From Candidatus Electronema halotolerans (GTDB lineage: Bacteria; Desulfobacterota; Desulfobulbia; Desulfobulbales; Desulfobulbaceae): 32,000 nucleotides of DNA. Below, piece by piece: positions 25,945 through 32,000 of the stretch. The DNA is taken from contig OW818675.1 in assembly GCA_942493095.1 (NCBI GenBank), forward strand, positions 390,001 to 422,000, written 5' to 3'. The position numbers and the translations under genes were made by a program. The number at the start of each line of letters is the position of its first letter. Positions within the stretch are counted from its first letter, which is position 1. The notes under the pieces are model-generated. The model was not told the origin of the DNA and did not search any database. It was given only the letters and a program-made list of their open reading frames with translations.

Positions 25945-25973
25945 ATTAAACTGAAAAAATTTCCATCTGTCAA
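25945..25973 (-). promoter_or_regulatory. near-consensus sigma70 promoter for the secreted-protein/OMP operon
   Basis: The minus strand reads TTGACA, a 17-nt spacer, then TTTAAT, about 90 nt upstream of the ATG at 25857. Confidence 0.45.
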
Positions 25974-26343
25974 ATTAAATTTTACGCAGCGGAACCGCCA
26001 CCGTGATCGTATAGCGGTTTCAGGTTGTATGGTTATCAGAAAAAGATTAAACTTGACTTGTCTGTTTTTTCCATTTTTTCACACACGGAGGTCTGCCATG
26101 ATTTATTCTATTGATTTCAGAAAGAAAGTCTTGTCTGTTTATGAAAAACAGAAATCATTGAGAAGAACTGCAGATTTGCTTGACGTTTCCTATAAATTTG
26201 TTCAAAGTCTTGTAAAAAGATGGAAGACTGAGGGGACGATTGAGCCGAAGCCTCATAAAGGCGGAAATCCTCCGAAAATCAAGGAAGTTCATATTCCTTT
26301 TCTGACCAGCATGATTGATGACGAGAACGATCTTACGCTTGAA

Positions 26344-27648
26344 GGGAACCTCGAAAAATTCGAGATAAAGCTTTTTCAGCTTATCAATAGTGTCTTTGAC
26401 AGTTGAAAACTTCAAATACATAAATTGTTATTTCCTGTTTTTTATTTATTTTGAGCAAACTTCTGTTGAAATATGTTCCTGAATGCGTTTCTTTTTTTTA
26501 AATCTTAAATTTTATTAAGAGTTCCGTACCTGTCAATATTGAACGTCAAGTTTCTCAAGCCTATTTTCGCAGCAGCGCGAATGAAACCTGTTCCTCGGAG
26601 AATCATATTGCCAGCACGTTGCGCCTGGATGCCGAAGACGTGTTCAATCCGGGAGCGAATTTTTGATCTTGTCCGATTTCCCTGCTTCTCCCATTCGGTC
26701 AGTTTCCGGCTTCGTGTTCCTTTGCGGTTCAGATGCTCTCTGTATCCATTCTCGTTCAACCAGTTGAGCTTTTTTTCAGATCTGTATGCCGAATCCGCAT
26801 AGATATCCCGACTGGTGTTGTCAGGGTCAAGCAGCTCCTCAAAAATATTGCTGTCATGAACCTCGGCACTGGTCACCGCATATTTTCGGATGAATTTATG
26901 CTTCACATCAACAGATATATGATTTTTATAACCAAAAAAGCTTCTGCCGTTCTTTTTGGTCCAACGGGCATCAGTATCCTTCTGCGCCTGCTTATTTTCA
27001 CTCCATCCTTCAGGCTGTTCACCATTCTTGATCTGCTTGTTTTCCTTGCGGCTGTTACGCTGGATCGGGGCGTTGACTATGGAAGCGTCGACTATCTGCC
27101 CTTTTCTGGCTTGATATCCATTTTCATCAAGAAATTTGTCAAAAACAGAAAACAGTTCCTCGATTTTTCCTGCTTTGGTCAAAGTTTCACGAAAAAGCCA
27201 TATCGTTGTCGCATCTGGAACTTTGTCAGCCGCCCGAAGTCCAAGGAATCTGGAAAACGAATATCTGTCAAGAATTTGATATTCCATCCCTTTATCAGAA
27301 AGATTGTATAATGATTGCAAAATTAAAATTTTGAACATCATGACTGAATCATAACCTTTAGCTCCAGCATTTGATTTCACAGGCTTTCTTTTTGCTTCTT
27401 CAAGAATTGGCCGAAATATTTCCCAGTCAATAGCCTTGTTGATCTTAACTAAAGGATCACCTGCTTTGTCAATTCGGGAAAGACGAATATAAAAATCAAA
27501 AAATCCAAGTTGGTTCATCTGTGCATCTCCGGCAGCATGAGTTGAATTGATGCCGAAATTATAACATAATAGACTGAAATTTCAATATTAAAATAAAAAA
27601 TAACAAAACAAATGCAGCAGAATGGATGTTGTATTTTTCGAGGAACCC
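26344..27648 (-). mobile_element. IS5-family insertion sequence (1305 bp) nested in the IS630 transposase gene
   Basis: Inverted repeats GGGAACCTCGAAAAAT (26344-26359) and ATTTTTCGAGGAACCC (27633-27648) match at 14 of 16 positions. They are flanked by a TGAA direct repeat (26340-26343 and 27649-27652). Removing the element restores the IS630 reading frame. Confidence 0.85.
26505..27518 (-). CDS. IS5-family DDE transposase (337 aa)
   Basis: DRYSFSRFLGL...VPDATTIWLFRE, IVDASIVNAP, FGYKNHISVD, EVHDS, IYADSAYRS, SRIEHVFG and the LRNLTFN tail match the InsH/IS5 pattern. Confidence 0.9.
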   Translation of the reverse strand: MNQLGFFDFYIRLSRIDKAGDPLVKINKAIDWEIFRPILEEAKRKPVKSNAGAKGYDSVMMFKILILQSLYNLSDKGMEYQILDRYSFSRFLGLRAADKVPDATTIWLFRETLTKAGKIEELFSVFDKFLDENGYQARKGQIVDASIVNAPIQRNSRKENKQIKNGEQPEGWSENKQAQKDTDARWTKKNGRSFFGYKNHISVDVKHKFIRKYAVTSAEVHDSNIFEELLDPDNTSRDIYADSAYRSEKKLNWLNENGYREHLNRKGTRSRKLTEWEKQGNRTRSKIRSRIEHVFGIQAQRAGNMILRGTGFIRAAAKIGLRNLTFNIDRYGTLNKI

Positions 27649-28377
27649 TGAAGAGATGTGTGATCGCTTATACGAGAAATTCAATTTAAAAATAGCACCT
27701 TCCACGCTGTGCGAAACTCTCGCCAGACTGAAAATCAGCCGGAAAAAAAAACTTTCCGCGATCCGGCGGCGTATAAAGAAGAAAATATAGCAAAGACAGT
27801 TAATTACCTTGCAGGCCTGATCGAGGCTGACAAAAAGAATTTCATCTTTATTGATGAGACAGGATGCTGTTTGAACATGTCGAGAAAATTTGCAAGATCA
27901 AGAAAAGGAACAAGAGCTTTTTCAAAAAGACCTTCAGGTAAAGGGAAAAGAATAAGCATGATAGGAGCTGTAAAGTTTGGAAAAATATTGAAGTGCATGA
28001 AATTTAAAGGAACCATGACAGGAGATGTCTTTTATTTCTATATAAAAAATTATCTTTTGAAATATCTTGACAGCAGTAAGACAGTCGTTCTTGACAATGC
28101 CAGTCCTCATAAAAACAAAGAAGCTCTCGCTTTGATCAGAAGTACAGGAGCGAAGATCATTTTCCTCCCTCCTTATCGTCCTGAACTGAACCCTATTGAA
28201 TACTGCTGGTCAGTAATGAAAAACACTATAAGAAAATTGAAGCCGAGAACAGAGCGTGAGCTGATGGAAGCTTATGATATATCTCTGAAAACGGTTAAGT
28301 CAAAATCAATCAAATCGTTTTTCCGTCATTGCTGGGTTTGATATCTGTTCAATACGAAACCGCTATACGTCAGGTTT

Positions 28378-30387
28378 GTGTCTTGGCCGGGCCGGGGCCA
28401 CCTCTCCACCCTGTTCGCGGTGCGCATCTACAAGCAGTATGGCGATGAATCCATTGCCCTTGTCTCGGCCAATCCCTATCGTCTGGCCGAAGATTTCTAC
28501 GGCATCGGCTTTTTCTCGGCAGACAAGGTGGCCCTGTCCATTGGTTTCAGCCAAGATTCGTCTCTGCGCATCACTGCCGCCATCCGCCACGTCCTCAACG
28601 CCAGCCGGGAACAGGGGCATTGCTGGCTGACCCAGGCCCAGATTGACAAGCAAGTATCCGAGCTGCTGCAACTGAGTCTTTCTGACCGCATCGCCCTGTT
28701 TCTCCACGAAATGGAGCAGCAGGACAAGCTGCGTGTCCGCCTGCTGGTCACGCGCAAGGGCCGGGAGGCGGAACGCTGCTACTACTCGAAGAGCCTGTAT
28801 TATGACGAGAAGTACGTGGCCGAGCGGCTGCGGGCTATGGTGCGGCCTTTGCCGCATAGTGTTGAACGGATTACCGATTGGCTGCGGCGTGCTGGAGAAA
28901 CGACAAGTTTTCAGCTTGCGGCAGAACAGGCCTCGGCAATTTTGACCATAGCCTGCTGTCAGTTCGCCATTCTCACCGGCGGGCCGGGCTGCGGCAAGAC
29001 CACGACCACGCGGGTCTTGGTCGCCCTGCTGCGGGCTATGGGCCGCTCAGTGACGCTGGCTGCGCCCACAGGCCGGGCCGCGCAGCGCATGGGCGAGGTC
29101 ATCGGCTTGGAGGCCAAGACCATCCACCGTTTGCTGGAGTTCCAAGGCACAGGCTTCAAGCGCAACGAGGACAATCCCCTCAAGACGGATGTCCTGATTG
29201 TTGATGAATGCTCAATGCTTGACATCAGCCTGACAGCGGCCCTGCTCAAGGCGGTCAGCAAGGAAACAGCCTTGGTCTTTATCGGCGATGCGGATCAGCT
29301 CCCTTCGGTCGGGGCAGGCAATGTGCTGCGTGATCTGATCGCATCCGGCAGCATTCCAGTCTGCACTTTGAACACCATTTTCCGCCAGGCGAGCCGCTCC
29401 AGCATCATCACCTTTGCCCACCAGATCAATCAAGGCGAAACGCCCAAGGTCGGCTCGCCGTTCAAGCATCCTGAGCTGTGGAAGAGCAACGACTGCCTGT
29501 TCATTGATTCCGACGAGGCGACGCAGGCCCAGCTCGGTTTCATCGCCAAGGCCCGGCAGCATTTTCAGACGGTCGAAGAGCGCGAGCAGGCCGGGACAGA
29601 AGACCCGTTCAGCTTTGAGGCTGAAACGATTAGCAGTCCGTATCAGCGTTTTGAGCTGCCAGAGCAGTTTCAGCATGTCAATCTGCACAGCTTGGCGGTT
29701 GCCGAAGGCCCGGTAGAAGAGCTGGCCGCAGTGGTGAAAAAGGTGCATCCTTGGTCATCGCTCTACTACGGCCTGACAGCGGCGGACACGGTGCGGCGGC
29801 TTTATACGGAATGGATTCCCAAATATTGCGGCAAGGACTGCGAAATTCAGGTGCTCTCGCCCATGAACCGGGGCAGTCTCGGCACAGGCGCGCTCAACAA
29901 GATGCTGCAAGAGGCGGTCAATCCACCGCAGGAAGGGCGGGCCGAAATCAGGCTCGGCGGCGAGCGGCTTTTCCGCACCGGCGACCGGGTCATTCATCGG
30001 CGCAACAACTATGATCTCGGCGTGTTCAACGGCGACATCGGCAGGATTATCGAGGTGAACAACGCGGATTTGACCCTGCGCGTCCGCTTCTTCCCGGATC
30101 AGCGTGAGGTCGAGTATCAGCGCGAGCAGCTTACGGAATTGGAACTGGCCTACGCGATCACCATTCACAAGGCGCAGGGTTCAGAGTTTGAGGCGGTGAT
30201 TCTGCCGGTGCTGACCCAGCATTTTCGGATGCTCTTCCACAACCTGCTCTACACCGGTCTGACGCGGGCACGGAAGCTGGCGGTGTTCGTCGGCACGAGG
30301 AAGGCGTTGACGATGGCGGTGAAGAATCGGGATACGGGGCTGCGGCAGACGGCGTTAAGGGACTTGGTGGGCGGAGAGGATTGCTGA
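28378..30387 (+). pseudogene. recD2: 5'-truncated second copy of the RecD2-type helicase (lacks about 167 N-terminal codons; helicase core intact)
   Basis: Colinear with 21018-22990 at a constant 7,385-bp offset, with no indels. Homology begins about 34 bp from the IS630 right end. The frame is open from a GTG at 28378, and all helicase motifs are retained. Confidence 0.7.
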
Positions 30388-30405
30388 GAAATATTACAGT
30401 CGCAA

Positions 30406-30796
30406 TCACCAGATGCGCTGCAAGCCAGCATACTCATCAAAGGCTTGATCTCTGCTCAGAAGCGGCATGTTCTCCGCCAAACTTTGCGCGATGAGCAGGC
30501 GGTCAAACGGGTCTTTGTGATGAAACGGCATTGATCTGACAAAGTCCAGATGCTTCGGCTGCACAGGCAGCAGTTTCATCGCATTACCCCTGACATGCGT
30601 CTCAACCAAGTCCGGGAAGGAGAAGTTCAGCTTCAGTTTGCCCATGCTGGCCTTGATGGACATTTCCCAGAGGCTGGGCGATGCTGATCAGCCGTTCGTT
30701 GCGGATATCTTCGATGAGCTGCCGCGCCGGGCCGCTCAGATTCGGATTGCCGCCGATGAACCAGAGAAAAGTGTGCGTGTCCAGCAGAAGCTTTAT
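30406..30796 (-). pseudogene. vapC: PIN-domain VapC-type toxin gene, frameshifted and lacking an ATG start
   Basis: The C-terminal frame gives SLWEMSIKASMGKLKL...HHKDPFDRLLIAQSLAENMPLLSRDQAFDEY. The N-terminal part (I)KLLLDTHTFLWFIGGNPNLSGPARQLIEDIRNERLISIA is in another frame. The span is 391 nt, one more than a multiple of 3, and the shift lies near 30673-30680. The first codon is ATA. Confidence 0.6.
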
Positions 30797-31017
30797 GGCA
30801 TGTAGTCCTCGAAATCATCAAGTGGCGCATCAAAATCATCCGCCATTTCAATCAGTCCAGCGGCACTGCCGAATTTCGGGCGCGGCAGGACAGGAAACGG
30901 CACGAGTTTGAATCCTGAGCCGTCATCCTTTGTGATGATGACTTCTTCGCCAGCGGCTGCCATTACAATCAGCTTGGCAAGCATGGTCTCCGCTGCTTTC
31001 AACGCGACTTGGGGCAT
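30793..31017 (-). CDS. type II antitoxin, Phd/YefM-like (74 aa)
   Basis: GEEVIITKDDGSGFKLVPF and the C-terminal RPKFGSAAGLIEMADDFDAPLDDFEDYM resemble antitoxins paired with PIN toxins. The stop overlaps the vapC 5' end. Confidence 0.55.
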   Translation of the reverse strand: MPQVALKAAETMLAKLIVMAAAGEEVIITKDDGSGFKLVPFPVLPRPKFGSAAGLIEMADDFDAPLDDFEDYMP

Positions 31018-31143
31018 GTCAGCCTCCTGCTGTTGACAGCAACCAATGTTGTTTTTTGCTCCTGCTTGAATTTTCAGGAGAACGCTTTCAGCATAGCATG
31101 TTCAGGCGGGCAATGCAACGAGCTGAACGACTGGCCTTTCTCT

Positions 31144-31203
31144 GTCGGCACGAGGAAAGCCTTGGCAATGGCGGTCAAGAATCTAATCACGATCTGGCGG
31201 CAG
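31144..31203 (+). pseudogene. short relic of a recD2 3' end (third copy)
   Basis: 31144-31182 (gtcggcacgaggaaagccttggcaatggcggtcaagaat) matches 30289-30327 and 22904-22942 at 34 of 39 positions. It translates to VGTRKALAMAVKN, against VGTRKALTMAVKN in the helicases. Confidence 0.55.
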
Positions 31204-31341
31204 TGCAGGTTCACGCCCGAATCGAGTCATCCCCAGCCGATGGACCCCATGTTGTCTTAGCAGGCAATTCAATGAAATGATTCACTTTGCGAAGCAATTT
31301 GTCTCTGCAATGTATCATCCGGGGCTTGACACCAGCCCGTC

Positions 31342-32000
31342 TTACAACAGCCCCGCCACCATCGCCTTGGCCTCGTCCTGAATCCGGGCCAAGTGCGCCG
31401 CATCAATGAAGCTCTCCGCATAAATCTTGTAGATGTCCTCGGTGCCGGAAGGGCGCAGGGCGCACCAGCCGTTTGCCGCAACAATCTTCAGGCCGCCGAT
31501 GGGCGCATCATTGCCCGGAGCCTTGGTCAGCACCGCCGTGATCGGCTCGCCAGCCAGCGTCTTGACTGACACATCTTCTGGCTGCAAATTTTTCAGCACC
31601 GCCTTTTGCGCAGGTGTGGCGGGCGCATCAATGCGGGCATAAATCGGCGCGCCAAACTGCTTGGTCAATTCCTGATAATGCTGGCCCGGATCGCGCCCGG
31701 TCTTGGCTGTGATTTCAGCGGCCAGCAGATTGAGGATGATGCCGTCCTTGTCTGTGCTCCAAACCGTGCCGTCCTTGCGCAGGAAGCTCGCGCCTGCGCT
31801 TTCCTCGCCGCCAAAAAAGATGCTGCCTTGGCGCAGGCCGTCAACAAACCACTTGAAGCCGACCGGCACTTCCACCACTTTGCGGCCCAGCGCGGCTGCG
31901 GCCCGGTCAATGATCGAGCTGCTGACCAAAGTCTTGCCAATCGCCAGATCATCCCGCCACTGCGGACGGTTCTGCGCCAAATACGAGATTGCCACGCTCA
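31342..32000 (-). CDS. pgm: phosphoglucomutase (alpha-D-glucose phosphate-specific), C-terminal part; the gene continues beyond the window
   Basis: [25 protein letters not shown] and [16 protein letters not shown] are Pgm signatures. The frame remains open to the window edge. Confidence 0.9.
   Translation of the reverse strand, partial: SVAISYLAQNRPQWRDDLAIGKTLVSSSIIDRAAAALGRKVVEVPVGFKWFVDGLRQGSIFFGGEESAGASFLRKDGTVWSTDKDGIILNLLAAEITAKTGRDPGQHYQELTKQFGAPIYARIDAPATPAQKAVLKNLQPEDVSVKTLAGEPITAVLTKAPGNDAPIGGLKIVAANGWCALRPSGTEDIYKIYAESFIDAAHLARIQDEAKAMVAGLL

Larger units (their letters stand above)
26098..28341 (+). pseudogene. IS630-family transposase gene, split by the IS5 insertion and also needing a -1 shift at an A9 run
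   Basis: The N-terminal HTH part (MIYSIDFRKKVLSVYEKQKSLRRTADLLDVS...DLTLE) stops at 26343. It resumes in frame at 27653 (EMCDRLYEKFNLKIAPSTLCETLARLKISRKKK). The catalytic part contains FIDETG, VLDNASPHK and LPPYRPELNPIEYCW. Confidence 0.8.
26008..28369 (+). mobile_element. IS630/Tc1-mariner family insertion sequence (carrying a nested IS5-family element)
   Basis: Terminal inverted repeats CGTATAGCGGTTTC (26008-26021) and GAAACCGCTATACG (28356-28369). TA dinucleotides at both ends fit a TA target site. Inside is a DD(34)E-type transposase. Confidence 0.8.

Noticed and set aside
17462-31260. Classical integrase/tRNA-bounded genomic island or prophage
   Set aside because: The window contains no integrase, tRNA gene, or phage structural or replication genes. 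The boundaries are instead MITE-like elements, an IS and recD2 fragments.
31009-31280. ORFs of 83 and 74 aa between the antitoxin and pgm
   Set aside because: These are not independent genes. The only recognisable content is the 13-aa helicase relic VGTRKALAMAVKN, and there is no RBS.

Overview
The window has a high-GC core of about 60% (hand counts on sample lines) from a Gram-negative bacterium. The core is interrupted by two low-GC accessory blocks of about 35-47%. Core genes on the left are a lipoprotein, a vWA-domain lipoprotein, a 940-aa secreted RCC1-repeat protein, cvpA, a PPTase, ppk, an AICARFT-only purH-like gene, metY, ispA, rfbB and rfbC. A partial pgm lies on the far right.

The accessory region spans about 17.46-31.2 kb and contains four parts. 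(1) A tightly packed low-GC cassette has a membrane-anchored SNase-fold nuclease and three ORFans, two of them tail-anchored. This is my best candidate for an undescribed system, possibly an envelope-associated nuclease module for defence or DNA-entry exclusion. (2) A high-GC module of a small ORF plus a full-length RecD2-type SF1 helicase is bracketed by two MITE-like elements that share GTGGATTCAA termini. (3) A second low-GC block holds two Cys-rich secreted proteins and an outer-membrane beta-barrel gene, followed by an IS630-family element whose transposase gene is split by a nested IS5-family element. (4) A 5'-truncated second recD2 copy, colinear at a constant 7,385-bp offset and mosaic in identity, is followed by a decaying vapC/antitoxin pair and a third short recD2 3' remnant.

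No rRNA, tRNA, CRISPR array or integrase was seen. All family names are recalled from motifs, because no database search was possible.
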